From a virus (Duplodnaviria; Caudoviricetes), in IMG/VR virus record IMGVR_UViG_3300038974_000721, positions 1-55,288 of that record: a stretch of DNA of 55,288 nucleotides. One strand, 5' to 3'. Below are positions 18,020 to 27,895 of this stretch, piece by piece. A program made the translations under genes and the position numbers. The notes below the pieces were generated by a model that did no database searches, had not been told where the DNA came from, and saw nothing but the letters and a program-made list of their open reading frames with translations. Numbering within the stretch: position 1 is the stretch's first letter; each line of letters starts with the position of its first letter.

Positions 18020-18373
18020 ATGGCCGGGTTGGATAAAAGTCTCGCAAAGCTTAGTCCGACGAGGTTTGTCCTGGCGTCTGAGCAAGCATCCGAAAAGGAT
18101 GAACTCGCAGACCAGATGCCAGGGGTATCGACCTATCCGGGCACGCCAACCAGAGGGGGTTGGGTGCCCGTTCTTCTAAAAGCTCAATCGCATAGCAGAC
18201 CTATCGTCATTGATTGGATCTGTCCTATGTGCAAGAGGCTTACAGGGCATTCTCGGGTATGTCCAAAATGCGGACTGAGCATCAAGGAAACGCCACATAG
18301 AAAAATGCGACCGATACCAAGATCCATGAAGATTGATCGTTATCGTAAGTGGGCGAATGAAATCTTTGGTTAA
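18020..18373 (+). CDS. Zinc-ribbon protein
   Basis: CPMC...CPKC; TATA-like TTTAATA upstream. Confidence 0.65.
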   Translation: MAGLDKSLAKLSPTRFVLASEQASEKDELADQMPGVSTYPGTPTRGGWVPVLLKAQSHSRPIVIDWICPMCKRLTGHSRVCPKCGLSIKETPHRKMRPIPRSMKIDRYRKWANEIFG

Positions 18374-18378
18374 GGAGC

Positions 18379-18561
18379 ATGCTATTCAAAGGGTATCCAC
18401 CGGAGAGGAGGGCGGATACAGAACCGCCCATTCTGGCAGGGCCTGCTCGCCCTCCGATCGATGATTGGTATGCTCCTTTGCCGAATCTTTACCTTATGCT
18501 TGCTGAAGAGCAAGGCTGTATAGAAGTCGAATATGGAAAAATTCGACGATCGATCCCATGA
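18379..18561 (+). CDS. Small hypothetical protein
   Basis: AAGGAG RBS; 60 aa. Confidence 0.45.
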   Translation: MLFKGYPPERRADTEPPILAGPARPPIDDWYAPLPNLYLMLAEEQGCIEVEYGKIRRSIP

Positions 18562-18652
18562 TCGGGCGGGGAAACCTTCTCGATCATGATTATAATATTT
18601 TTATTAAAAATGTCTATTTGATGTCCATTTGTCCATAATAAAGGTAATTGAA

Positions 18653-19159
18653 ATGTCCAAAGTTCCTTTCAAGTCAATAGCAGATTATATCGATGAGATC
18701 GAGCGGGGATTTGTTGCCAAAGAGAGCCCTGAGGCCATAGCTTCACGGTTGGGCATCCCTGAAAAAGCTAAGACCATTCGACGATATAAGGCAGCGGTTT
18801 GGGATCTTAGAGAGCTGGTTGCTGAGACCAAAGAAGAACGGATGGTGAATCACGAGGCCCGCCGAGAAGAAGCGAAAATAGAGATCATTCGGTCATTGGA
18901 TCTGATCGAGAAGATCAAGATGAGAGCCTGGCAGCATTTGGATTGGGAGCCAGGGATGACTTATCAAACCAGCGACGGTCCAAGAATTGTGACACCTGGT
19001 CAGGTGATCGCCTGGCATCATCAGGCATCAGAGATGGCTGCTAAGGCCCTTAAAGCTGAATTGGAGTTGTCCGGTGATGATCCCAGATCCAAGGTAGTTG
19101 GAAGCTTCTTGGAGCTGATAGAGCTTGCTGACAAGAGAGCAGGCAACGAGGATAGCTGA
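18653..19159 (+). CDS. Putative terminase small subunit
   Basis: N-terminal HTH (SPEAIASRLG...TIRRY), helical body, overlaps the large terminase. Confidence 0.6.
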   Translation: MSKVPFKSIADYIDEIERGFVAKESPEAIASRLGIPEKAKTIRRYKAAVWDLRELVAETKEERMVNHEARREEAKIEIIRSLDLIEKIKMRAWQHLDWEPGMTYQTSDGPRIVTPGQVIAWHHQASEMAAKALKAELELSGDDPRSKVVGSFLELIELADKRAGNEDS

Positions 19160-20588
19160 TCGGTGCCGCGAAGATCCAGTATTTTTTGTTGAGCATATCC
19201 TCGGGAATTCGCCCTGGGAAAAACAAAAAGAAATCCTGAGGGCGATAAAGAAAGGAAAAGACGTTGCTGTTGCTTCTTGCCACGCAGCGGGTAAGAGCTG
19301 GATTTCTGCCAGGGCGGTCTTGTGGTTCCTATATTGCTTCCAATATTCCAGGGTGGTAACAACTGCCCCAACCTTCCCTCAGGTGAAAGACATCATCTGG
19401 CAGGAGATTAAGCAAGCTCATGCTTCATCCAGGCAACCATTGGGCGGCAAGCCCTTGGATGTACGCTTGGAGCTTCGGCCTAACTGGTTTGCCACAGGTC
19501 GGAGCACAAACGATGCTAACCGCTTCCAGGGGGCGCATTCATCGAGCGGCCATGTACTGGTTGTGGCCGACGAAGCGGCGGGAATAGATCCTGAGATTTG
19601 GGTGGGAATCGATGGCATAACCACCTCTGAGAATTCGCATAGGCTGGCTATTGGTAATCCCACCGAAAGCAGCGGCGAATTCTATGAGATGTTTAGAAGG
19701 CCGGGCGTTATCAAGATCCATATATCCGCTTTCGACACTCCGAACTTCACCCATTTCGGCATAACCCTGGATGACATCCGCTCAGGTGAATGGAAAGAGA
19801 AGATCACCGGGCCTTTACCGGCACCTTACCTAGTTGATCCGGGGTGGGTTGCCGAGCGGTGGGAGAAATGGGGCGAAGACTCTCCCCTCTGGATATCGAG
19901 AGTATTGGGCCAATTCCCGGCGAACTCCACCGACTCATTGATACCATTATCTTGGATCGAACGGGCACAACGGCTTCAACTGGAGCCCGGAGAGCCCAAC
20001 ATCCTGGCTGCAGATATTGCCAGGTATGGATCAGATGACACGGTGATCGGCCAACGTCGTGGATCTGTGGCTAGAATCCTGAAAGTGACTTCTCAGGAAG
20101 ATACGATGACCACAACGGGCCGGATAGTCCAAACTCTGCAAGACACAGGCTCCTCGGAAGTTAGGATAGATGGTGTTGGAGTTGGCGCGGGCGTCTATGA
20201 TCGCCTGATAGAGCTGGAAAAGCCAGCAGTTGATATGCAGGCCGGGCGGGCAGCTCAGAATACTGAGCGTTTCGCCAATGCCAGAGCAGAATGGTATTGG
20301 GGGCTCAGGGAACGGTTTGAGGCTAATGATATTGACCTGGATGATGATGAAGAGCTGGCTTTCCAGTTATCGAATATTAAATACAAACCCAATAGCCGTG
20401 GTCAGATCATAATCGAGTCTAAGGAGGATATGAGGAAGCGGGGCCTGAAGAGCCCGGATAAAGCCGATATGATCATGATGCTTTTCGCGGTAGTCGATTC
20501 CGGGACGGTTGATGTTGGGTGGGGGACATCCCGATTAACAGGTAAGAGAAAATGCAGGAGCAACGAATCGCTACGGAGCTATGCCTGA
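19125..20588 (+). CDS. terL: Terminase large subunit
   Basis: Q-motif, Walker A SCHAAGKS, Walker B VVADEA, IGNPT; RNase H-like nuclease ADIARYGSD, IDGVGVGAGV, SPDKAD. Confidence 0.93.
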   Translation: MLTREQATRIADRCREDPVFFVEHILGNSPWEKQKEILRAIKKGKDVAVASCHAAGKSWISARAVLWFLYCFQYSRVVTTAPTFPQVKDIIWQEIKQAHASSRQPLGGKPLDVRLELRPNWFATGRSTNDANRFQGAHSSSGHVLVVADEAAGIDPEIWVGIDGITTSENSHRLAIGNPTESSGEFYEMFRRPGVIKIHISAFDTPNFTHFGITLDDIRSGEWKEKITGPLPAPYLVDPGWVAERWEKWGEDSPLWISRVLGQFPANSTDSLIPLSWIERAQRLQLEPGEPNILAADIARYGSDDTVIGQRRGSVARILKVTSQEDTMTTTGRIVQTLQDTGSSEVRIDGVGVGAGVYDRLIELEKPAVDMQAGRAAQNTERFANARAEWYWGLRERFEANDIDLDDDEELAFQLSNIKYKPNSRGQIIIESKEDMRKRGLKSPDKADMIMMLFAVVDSGTVDVGWGTSRLTGKRKCRSNESLRSYA

Positions 20589-20684
20589 TCAGGCTATTGC
20601 TTGAACGTTTCTTGGAATCTACAGATCCGATAGAGTATGCCAGGTACGTAGTACAGAAGCAAAAATTCTCATAGAGTGGATTGG

Positions 20685-22034
20685 ATGAAATTCTTGGAAC
20701 GGCTTTTCCCTAAAAAGCAAGCAGCAGCACCCATCATGTCAGGCTCTCCGGTGATGCGTCAGAGGTTTTCGCTTGGCTATGTGGACCGGAGCGTTGTTGT
20801 CTCTCCAGATCGCATAGCGGCCAACCGTTCTATCCCGGTGGTGCTGGAATCCCTATCAGGTCTATCAAGGTTGTGTTTCACAGGGTTTGATCATGTCCTA
20901 AAGCCTCTCGATCCATCCGATGACACCCAGGAAGCCAATATCAAGAAGGCCCTGCAACAGATCCGTATCCAGGAGAAGAGAATAGGAAGAATCGGGAAAT
21001 CCCGACGCAACGGAACCCTGGGGCTGGTCCGGGCCACAGCGCTGGATGGCTGGAGCTTCAGGCAGGCGGTAGCCGAATACTCCACCATCCAGGAGGGCAA
21101 CTGGCAGAATTTTGCCGAAATCCAGCTGCTGCCTGCTCAGAGCTTCGGAACCGCTCCGGGCAACTTGCCTTATAGCTCTTGCATCGCGGACAAAATTCTG
21201 CCTGGCATTGTATATGATATCAACCAAGACATTACTCGATTCTTCCAGGCGGGGGATAACGCCCTGCCACGAGAGCTAGATCCTGACAATATTATATATA
21301 TCGAGGACATGACGATCCCGGACGACCTGAGCTTCATGAAGGTCTTGAATCCAACCATTGAGGCTTGGAAAGAGGTTAGGCGTTGTGGCATGCTGGCTGA
21401 GCACCGGGTAGGCGTGCCTGATGAAGTAGCCTCGATCAATGCCAGGGACGTTGTGGCTATGATCGAGGCCAAAATCCCGGTTAAAATGCAAGATCTGATT
21501 GACCATTGCGACGACCTGGCAGAAAGGCAGTCTCATGAAAGCAAGAAAGTCGCTCTGGCAGGAACCAAGATCGAATATCCCAAGATCGACATGCCGCTTA
21601 ACCCTTGGGATGCTGATCAATACCTTAAGGAAGAAATCTGTGATTTCTTTTTTAAGAGGAATGTGATAAAGCGGGTTGAGCAGGCGGTCAGTTCTTCGGA
21701 CTCCGGCGCTAAGGCCCTGATTGATATCCACGTATCCAGCGAGAGAGAGCTTTGGGGCAAACCCTTTGAGAGCTTGTGGAATACCTGGCTGAAATGGAAC
21801 GGTTTTGAGCTGGTGGATGAGTTTGCCTGGTGGGATTGGTCTCCGGAAGACCAGGATAAGCAGCATAAGAGGAACCTGGAGAACTTCCGATCCCATGCTA
21901 TGACCATCCAGACCTTCTGCGAACTGGAAGGACTGCCTATTCCGAACGATGAGGAGCTGCAAGAAATCGCGGCTCAGCATGCCCTACTTTTTGGCAAAGA
22001 CAACGTCTTGAGCCGTTCCAACCTGACGGTGTAG
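20685..22034 (+). CDS. Portal protein (putative)
   Basis: ~450 aa directly after terL and before the head-morphogenesis gene; helical; assigned mainly by synteny and size. Confidence 0.7.
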   Translation: MKFLERLFPKKQAAAPIMSGSPVMRQRFSLGYVDRSVVVSPDRIAANRSIPVVLESLSGLSRLCFTGFDHVLKPLDPSDDTQEANIKKALQQIRIQEKRIGRIGKSRRNGTLGLVRATALDGWSFRQAVAEYSTIQEGNWQNFAEIQLLPAQSFGTAPGNLPYSSCIADKILPGIVYDINQDITRFFQAGDNALPRELDPDNIIYIEDMTIPDDLSFMKVLNPTIEAWKEVRRCGMLAEHRVGVPDEVASINARDVVAMIEAKIPVKMQDLIDHCDDLAERQSHESKKVALAGTKIEYPKIDMPLNPWDADQYLKEEICDFFFKRNVIKRVEQAVSSSDSGAKALIDIHVSSERELWGKPFESLWNTWLKWNGFELVDEFAWWDWSPEDQDKQHKRNLENFRSHAMTIQTFCELEGLPIPNDEELQEIAAQHALLFGKDNVLSRSNLTV

Positions 22035-22038
22035 GCCG

Positions 22039-23883
22039 ATGGATCATATTAAGGCGCTACGTAGCGCAGAGGACTCCAGGATCAGAGAGCTGGAAGCCAG
22101 GTTCTTGGACTCAGTAAAGAACACGATCCAGAGCACCGACTGGAGCGACGTAGAACGGCGACTAATGGCCGGGAATGCGCCGGATATGGTGGTAGGTGCC
22201 CTATCATGGGGCAATTACGATCCTTCGGACTTGCTGGAGGGCGGGTTTTGGGCAGCCTCGGGCATAACGGCTGAGTACCTGGCTGAGGTCATCACCACCA
22301 GCATCGAAGTTAGCTTTGTGCTCACCGATCCCAACGCTCTGAAATGGATTGAACAGTACGCGGCTGATGAAATCGTTGCCATTACCGACAGCCAGAGAGA
22401 AGCGGTGAAAGAGATCGTACTGGCTGGTTATCGGGATGGGATCACATATCAGAAGCAGGCCCGGATGATCAAGCAGATCGTAGGGCTAGATCCCAGACGG
22501 GCGATAGCAGTAACGAACCTGGAGAATAGGCTGAGGAAGAAAGGCAAGTTCTCCGAGGACCAGATAGCGAAGAAATCTGCAAAGTATGCTAAGCGTCTTT
22601 TGAACCAGAGGGCTCGGACGATAGCCATCCAGGAAGCCGTGACGGCTGCTGCTCAGGGATTCTATGAGACTACCAAAGGCGCAGTAGGCCGGGGCATCTT
22701 AGATCCTCAGAAATACGCTGGCTATAGGATAGTGACCGGGGACGAACGGTTGTGTCCCCAATGCTCGGTATTGGCGGGTGAGACTCGGGAACTACCTGAT
22801 GGTGTTTACCCTTCAACCGGGTCACATACTCCCAAAGTTCACGTTTTGTGTCGTTGTGTTGAAGGAATCCAGGAAACAGGAGCAGGAAAGGGGGTGCAAG
22901 GAATAGGAACGAAGCAGACTAAACGGGCCTCTGGCATGGGAAGCGCTACTATCATTTTCGACTGCCAGAAGGTCAAGAGAAAAGACGGGATTCTATACAT
23001 CCCCACTGTTCCGCTGATCGAAGGTGTTTATGAACAGTGGGGTTTGCGAGTTCTTCGGGATTATAAAGAGTTCTCACCGTACAGCCACTGGCTGCACGGC
23101 CTGCCCGTCGTTGTGAACCACGAAGATGTCACGCCGGAGGCACGGAGGGTAGGACAGCTGTTTGATATCGTAAACAAGCCAGAAGGTAGGAAAACCGCTG
23201 CCACAACCCGATTCTTTGAGATCGATCTCACCCAGAGAGAGCTAGAAGCTCTTCTTTCCAGCGAACCTCATGACGGCTCTCTCAGATGGGAATGCTACCT
23301 GGTCGATGAGCCGGGCACTTGGACAGATCCCAGGACCGGGGAGGTCAAGGAGTATGATGTGAAGGAAGTCGGGCCTTACGTCTTCCATGAGTACTCATTT
23401 GTGAAACAAGGCGTAGTCAGCACCAAAGACGGTGCCGGGTTCAACGTGCAGTGTAAGGACTGCAAATCATTGTCATATGCTCCAGGAGGAGGAGCTACTA
23501 TGGAGATAGAAGAAATCCAGACAGCGATTAACGAGGCCATTGAGCCTTTGATAAACAGAATCGATGCCCTGGAGCAGAAGAACGCCGCTCTGGAGGGCGA
23601 ACAGAAGAATATCCAGGCCGCCCTGGAAGCCAGGATCGAGGCCGAACAGAAGGAGAGGTTCCTGTCCAAGCTCAAGCCCGCATTCTTGGAACAGGAGGAT
23701 GAACTCTGGCAGGAGTGCAAACAGACGGGATACCTCGTTTTTGAAGCTAACCATCCTGAGATGATCGCTTCCTTCCAGTCTCGGGTTCTAAAAGGACAGT
23801 CCACGACAGAAGAGCCTGAGACCTTCAACCTGGCTGCCAAGCAGGCGGAAAGGAACAAGAAATTCAATATGAGGAGGAGATAG
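22039..23883 (+). CDS. Fusion of MuF/SPP1-gp7 minor head protein, DUF2213-like prohead protease and scaffold
   Basis: RARTIAIQE...GDERLCPQC...HVLCRC (MuF); GLPVVVNH...VG...GS...FHEYSFV (protease-like); coiled-coil C-terminus. Confidence 0.75.
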   Translation: MDHIKALRSAEDSRIRELEARFLDSVKNTIQSTDWSDVERRLMAGNAPDMVVGALSWGNYDPSDLLEGGFWAASGITAEYLAEVITTSIEVSFVLTDPNALKWIEQYAADEIVAITDSQREAVKEIVLAGYRDGITYQKQARMIKQIVGLDPRRAIAVTNLENRLRKKGKFSEDQIAKKSAKYAKRLLNQRARTIAIQEAVTAAAQGFYETTKGAVGRGILDPQKYAGYRIVTGDERLCPQCSVLAGETRELPDGVYPSTGSHTPKVHVLCRCVEGIQETGAGKGVQGIGTKQTKRASGMGSATIIFDCQKVKRKDGILYIPTVPLIEGVYEQWGLRVLRDYKEFSPYSHWLHGLPVVVNHEDVTPEARRVGQLFDIVNKPEGRKTAATTRFFEIDLTQRELEALLSSEPHDGSLRWECYLVDEPGTWTDPRTGEVKEYDVKEVGPYVFHEYSFVKQGVVSTKDGAGFNVQCKDCKSLSYAPGGGATMEIEEIQTAINEAIEPLINRIDALEQKNAALEGEQKNIQAALEARIEAEQKERFLSKLKPAFLEQEDELWQECKQTGYLVFEANHPEMIASFQSRVLKGQSTTEEPETFNLAAKQAERNKKFNMRRR

Positions 23884-23885
23884 AG

Positions 23886-24572
23886 ATGGTTCTGAGAAAA
23901 GTGACCACGCCCAAGACCGGGCCGCTCAGTTCTATCCCTGCAGCTGGCAGGATAGCTTTTGGTGCTGCGATTATCAACAATGGAACGGATCAGGCCGTAT
24001 ATGCCTCTGCAGCTGACACGGATGAGATTCTAGGGTTCGCAGTACAGCCAGCCAATAACGTGGTCCTGAGAAGCGACGGATTCTATCAGCAGTACGATGA
24101 TGTGCCTTACGCCAACAGCGGTGAGATCAATGCTCTGGCGATCGCACTCGGTGCCACAAATATCATCAAGGGCGACTTCCTTGAAGTGGCCGCTTTGGGT
24201 GGTGCGGGTGGTTCGGGTGCCTGGGGAGTACTGGCTGAGGCTGGCAACCAGGCAGGAGCTACCAAGACTATAACGTCCGTTGCTCAGGCCGCAGAGAGCG
24301 TTACCCTGGCGGCTTCCATGGCAACTCCCGCGGCTGGCGTAGCAATCGGCGATGCTCAGATCACAATGGCTGCTGGTGCTATCGCCACTATGGGGCTGGT
24401 CGAAGGGGATTATGTCATGCTCAGGGACGTGGACGGCGACACCCAGCTCAATAGGGTCAAGTCTCTGACAGCAACGGTGATCACCTTACAGGAACCTTCC
24501 ACGGTAGCTCTGACTGTGGCAGATAACGATCTTGTGCACCGGGTTGCTCAGATCAAAGCTAAGATTCTCTGA
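23886..24572 (+). CDS. Head decoration/cement protein (putative)
   Basis: A/G-rich, IAFGAAI...ILGFAV pattern; immediately upstream of the capsid gene. Confidence 0.6.
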   Translation: MVLRKVTTPKTGPLSSIPAAGRIAFGAAIINNGTDQAVYASAADTDEILGFAVQPANNVVLRSDGFYQQYDDVPYANSGEINALAIALGATNIIKGDFLEVAALGGAGGSGAWGVLAEAGNQAGATKTITSVAQAAESVTLAASMATPAAGVAIGDAQITMAAGAIATMGLVEGDYVMLRDVDGDTQLNRVKSLTATVITLQEPSTVALTVADNDLVHRVAQIKAKIL

Positions 24573-24583
24573 GGTGTTTTATC

Positions 24584-25519
24584 ATGGTAGGGGAGTTAAA
24601 TTGGGGTGCAGGTCTCCCTATGGAGATCATTACCAACATGAGGAAGTCCATTGAGGAATTCCAGAATGTGAACATCGACGGCTACATAGCCAGGAACGCT
24701 CTATACGTCCGGACTCTGAACAATCCAAACATCCGCCGGGATGTGGTCCGGAGGGTGGATATGGCCGCCGCTCCAGATGGCATATCTCGGGCTCAGATCT
24801 CTGCTGGAGGCACTATCCCGGATGAGATCACGACCGGCGCTAAGGAAGACATCCATCCTATCTGGTGGATCGCCGATGCCGTCATAATGAATGAAGCGGA
24901 GATCAGCATTGATCCAACCAGATGGGATCTGGATGTCAGAGTGGCTATGCTGGAATGCCAGAGAAGAGAGAATTATACGGCCATCAATGGCGATGCCAAT
25001 CACAACATCACTGGCATCGTCGGAGCTGCTCAGGCCAATCCCAGGGGTAGCATAGTGGCCTCTGGTGCCTCGGGCAACCAGGAGAATAATTCTGGAGCCT
25101 GGGATGGCTCTGAACAAGACGGAAAGATGGACCCCTATGAGGATCTGAGGCTGGCAACCGGCATGGTCAATCCCGAGTTCCCGAGATCCTCGCTCAACCT
25201 TCTGGGTCGGCCCGAATCTCTGAACTACCTCTGGTCCAAGAACGAGTTCAGAGAGACGTATGTCTCTGAGATCGCGGGATTATTTGGCCGGGCCGATGGG
25301 TCCACCGACTTTCTCATTCCCTGCGACTATATGCCCGCCAATACGGTTTACGTAGTAGCAAAGCACATGAACGCCGGTGAGATTGTAATCGCCCAAGATT
25401 ACGATGTGGACGCGGACTATCCCAGACAGAAGGGCAAGAACCGCTACGCTGAGATCGGCGGCTGGGTTGGTTTTGAGATCCACGATCCATCTGGTTTTGT
25501 GCAGGTAGCCATCAACTGA
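24584..25519 (+). CDS. Major capsid protein (HK97 fold, encapsulin/Linocin-like)
   Basis: 311 aa; RENYTAINGD...ITGIV, WDG...DPYEDL, C-terminal GFEIHDPSGFVQV; GAGGTG RBS; synteny. Confidence 0.85.
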   Translation: MVGELNWGAGLPMEIITNMRKSIEEFQNVNIDGYIARNALYVRTLNNPNIRRDVVRRVDMAAAPDGISRAQISAGGTIPDEITTGAKEDIHPIWWIADAVIMNEAEISIDPTRWDLDVRVAMLECQRRENYTAINGDANHNITGIVGAAQANPRGSIVASGASGNQENNSGAWDGSEQDGKMDPYEDLRLATGMVNPEFPRSSLNLLGRPESLNYLWSKNEFRETYVSEIAGLFGRADGSTDFLIPCDYMPANTVYVVAKHMNAGEIVIAQDYDVDADYPRQKGKNRYAEIGGWVGFEIHDPSGFVQVAIN

Positions 25520-25528
25520 GGGGCGACC

Positions 25529-25861
25529 ATGGGAATGAATCCAAGAGGGTTTTTGAGGACATGGTCACGGCTAGATGGTGGCAATGTCCGAAAAAATTCC
25601 ATAACTAAGGATAAGCTGACGGGCGGCTTCCTCAAAACCACGCTGGCGGACGGTACGGCAGCTGCGACCGACGTGACCGTTACGGGCATTGCCCTGGGCG
25701 ATGAGCTGGTAGCGGTCTTGTCCCTGTCCACCAAGGCCGATATCAAGACCTTGGAGAACCGGACTTCGGAATATACCGTCGGTGCAGGAAAGCTGGTGAA
25801 GGCGGCGGGCACCGATGAGACAAACAACCAGCTTATCATCATATATCTGGATCTGACATGA
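25529..25861 (+). CDS. Hypothetical virion protein
   Basis: 110 aa, beta-rich, directly after the capsid gene. Confidence 0.6.
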   Translation: MGMNPRGFLRTWSRLDGGNVRKNSITKDKLTGGFLKTTLADGTAAATDVTVTGIALGDELVAVLSLSTKADIKTLENRTSEYTVGAGKLVKAAGTDETNNQLIIIYLDLT

Positions 25862-25908
25862 ATTCGTCCGATCTGATATAATTTCTAGAATAATACCTCG
25901 GGCTGCCA

Positions 25909-26550
25909 GTGAGGCGATTTTTCGTGATCATATTTAAGGGATCAGTGGGCGATGAGATTATCCTGAATACCGGGCACGACCTGGAAGATGCCACCAAGAT
26001 CGAGATGCGTGTGATAACACCATCCGCCTCCAATGTGGTATGGAATGCTGTGGCTCATACAACTCCTGAGCACATTGTCCATACAATCCAGGAAGGGGAG
26101 ATGGTTGATGAGGGCATCTATATTGTCCGGGCCTATGTCGAATGGGAAGAGCTTCATTCGTACTTAGGCAAGCCGGTTCTGGTTCATTGTCTAGATATCT
26201 CATACGTCGTTCCTATCAATGAAGTGCGCCGAATGATCCAGGATAAAAACCCTGACCGGCCACTACTGAGCGATGAAGAGATTTATGATTCCTTAGCAGC
26301 TTCCGGGGGCGATACCCTTGCCGCTTCCCTGGCTTGTGCCGAAGCCCTGGTTGCCAGGGGAGCACATAAGGTCTCCAAGAAGATAGGAGATCGACAGATC
26401 AACTATTCTGACCTGCTGGGGCATTATCAAGCCCTGGTCGAAGTCCTGCAAGCCAAGATACAGCAACGAGATTTCAGCCATGGAACTTACCGGGGCGGTA
26501 AAGTCGAAGACAAATATCCTATCAAATTTTTATATTCAGATGCAAATTAA
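25909..26550 (+). CDS. Head-tail adaptor with an extra N-terminal Ig/BppU-like domain (putative)
   Basis: C-terminal VRRMIQD....LLSDEEI...KIGDRQINYS resembles gp6/gp15-type adaptors. Confidence 0.6.
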   Translation: MRRFFVIIFKGSVGDEIILNTGHDLEDATKIEMRVITPSASNVVWNAVAHTTPEHIVHTIQEGEMVDEGIYIVRAYVEWEELHSYLGKPVLVHCLDISYVVPINEVRRMIQDKNPDRPLLSDEEIYDSLAASGGDTLAASLACAEALVARGAHKVSKKIGDRQINYSDLLGHYQALVEVLQAKIQQRDFSHGTYRGGKVEDKYPIKFLYSDAN

Positions 26551-26562
26551 AAAGGTGAGGCT

Positions 26563-26919
26563 ATGGGAGATATCGACTGGCTTGAATGCGTTCCTTTTGA
26601 GGGTCCGGAATCGCAGTGGCCCACGGGCATGGCCCATCTGCCACCTGGCATTAGTGTGATGGACTTGCTGAAGGAAGGCAGCGTGAAAAGGACCAGGTCC
26701 GGTGGGATTCTCAAACTGGAAATAGACGAGGAGGTCTATGAAGCCCTGGTGGAGACCTATGGTCCAAAGCAGATTTTGATCGCCACCGCCGGTGGTGGCC
26801 GGATCACTCGGGAGGAGTGGTATAGACAGTTCAACAAATCGGATGGCTTGAGGCTGGCTATCATCCGAGAACTGAACAAGGGTGAAGAGGAAACCAAATC
26901 CTTCGAGATCGGAAAATGA
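26563..26919 (+). CDS. Hypothetical protein
   Basis: GGTGAG RBS, 118 aa. Confidence 0.65.
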   Translation: MGDIDWLECVPFEGPESQWPTGMAHLPPGISVMDLLKEGSVKRTRSGGILKLEIDEEVYEALVETYGPKQILIATAGGGRITREEWYRQFNKSDGLRLAIIRELNKGEEETKSFEIGK

Positions 26920-26941
26920 AAAATTTTAGGAGGCAAACGAA

Positions 26942-27301
26942 ATGGTAGATGAGAGAATCAACACGGATGTGAAATTTGTGTCCACCGTTATTGTCGGTGG
27001 ATATGAATCGTTTGTTGAGAAGAACGCCAGGATGATGAGCTACCTCAAGGGCGAGATCGAGGAGCTTCAGACGATGATCAATAAGCTCCAGTCCACCGAC
27101 ATCCAGGCCGGGTACCTGCCAGACGACGACCACGATATCATCAAGTCCCTGGATGAAATCGTGGAGGAAGTCAATAAGAACCTGGCTGTCCTAGGAAGTG
27201 CCATAAAGGGCCTGAGCGACAGCGCAAAGGTCACGCTGGAAGCGGCTGGATACATGAGGTTATCCAAGGACCAGGCTGCCATCAAGACCTATCCGGAGTG
27301 A
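26942..27301 (+). CDS. Hypothetical coiled-coil protein
   Basis: GGAGG RBS, 119 aa, helical. Confidence 0.65.
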   Translation: MVDERINTDVKFVSTVIVGGYESFVEKNARMMSYLKGEIEELQTMINKLQSTDIQAGYLPDDDHDIIKSLDEIVEEVNKNLAVLGSAIKGLSDSAKVTLEAAGYMRLSKDQAAIKTYPE

Positions 27302-27322
27302 AATTCTCCGGACACTTTTTTA
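27294..27322 (+). terminator. Hairpin plus T-run, terminator-like
   Basis: TCCGGAG-TGAAATT-CTCCGGA followed by CACTTTTTT. Confidence 0.45.
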
Positions 27323-27387
27323 TTATGCATAATGATACGGCTTCCCGCTACGGGATAGATGAGATCGATTATAAGAGGTGAAACGCA

Positions 27388-27585
27388 ATGAGTTTGAAAG
27401 GTTGGAGAACATACATCGCTGCAACGCTGGTGTTCGTCACCGGCCTGTTAGAGTTTGTCGATGAGGTTGCAGCGGCTGATTATATAGGGGGGTATATCGG
27501 CCTGGAAGGATCTATCATCCTGATGGCATGCGGTGCCGTTTTCGGTATTCTCCGGAAGCTGACCGATACTCCTGCTAAGATCTGA
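27388..27585 (+). CDS. Holin-like 2-TM protein
   Basis: LKGWRTYI start, two hydrophobic helices, basic tail LRKLTDTP. Confidence 0.6.
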   Translation: MSLKGWRTYIAATLVFVTGLLEFVDEVAAADYIGGYIGLEGSIILMACGAVFGILRKLTDTPAKI

Positions 27586-27607
27586 GTCCATTCCAGGTGA
27601 TCTGTCA

Positions 27608-27889
27608 GTGGATCTTCATGCCAGGGTATGTGTGCTTGAATCCGATTCCAAGCGCCATGAAGAAGACATCAACCAGCTCTACGGGAAGGTATCATCGCTG
27701 GAGGTTTGTGCCTCCAGCCTTCCCGATATCAAGGAATCGTTGAAAGGCATCCAGCAAGAGATCAAGACGCTCAGTGTATTTGTTCACAGTTCCAAAGGAA
27801 AAAGTATAGCATATCTTACAGTTCGTGAGTGGGCAATCCTGGCTATAGCTGCAATAGGATTATTACTCAATAATATAATGTTTAAGTGA
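27608..27889 (+). CDS. XhlA-like coiled-coil protein with C-terminal TM helix
   Basis: RVCVLE...coiled coil...WAILAIAAIGLLL. Confidence 0.55.
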   Translation: MDLHARVCVLESDSKRHEEDINQLYGKVSSLEVCASSLPDIKESLKGIQQEIKTLSVFVHSSKGKSIAYLTVREWAILAIAAIGLLLNNIMFK

Positions 27890-27895
27890 TATTTA

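Noticed and set aside
20552-20674. 40-aa ORF between terL and portal
   Set aside because: Possible, but it overlaps terL and has no motif support.
24584-25519. Cellular encapsulin
   Set aside because: The terminase-portal-protease-tail context shows it is a viral capsid.
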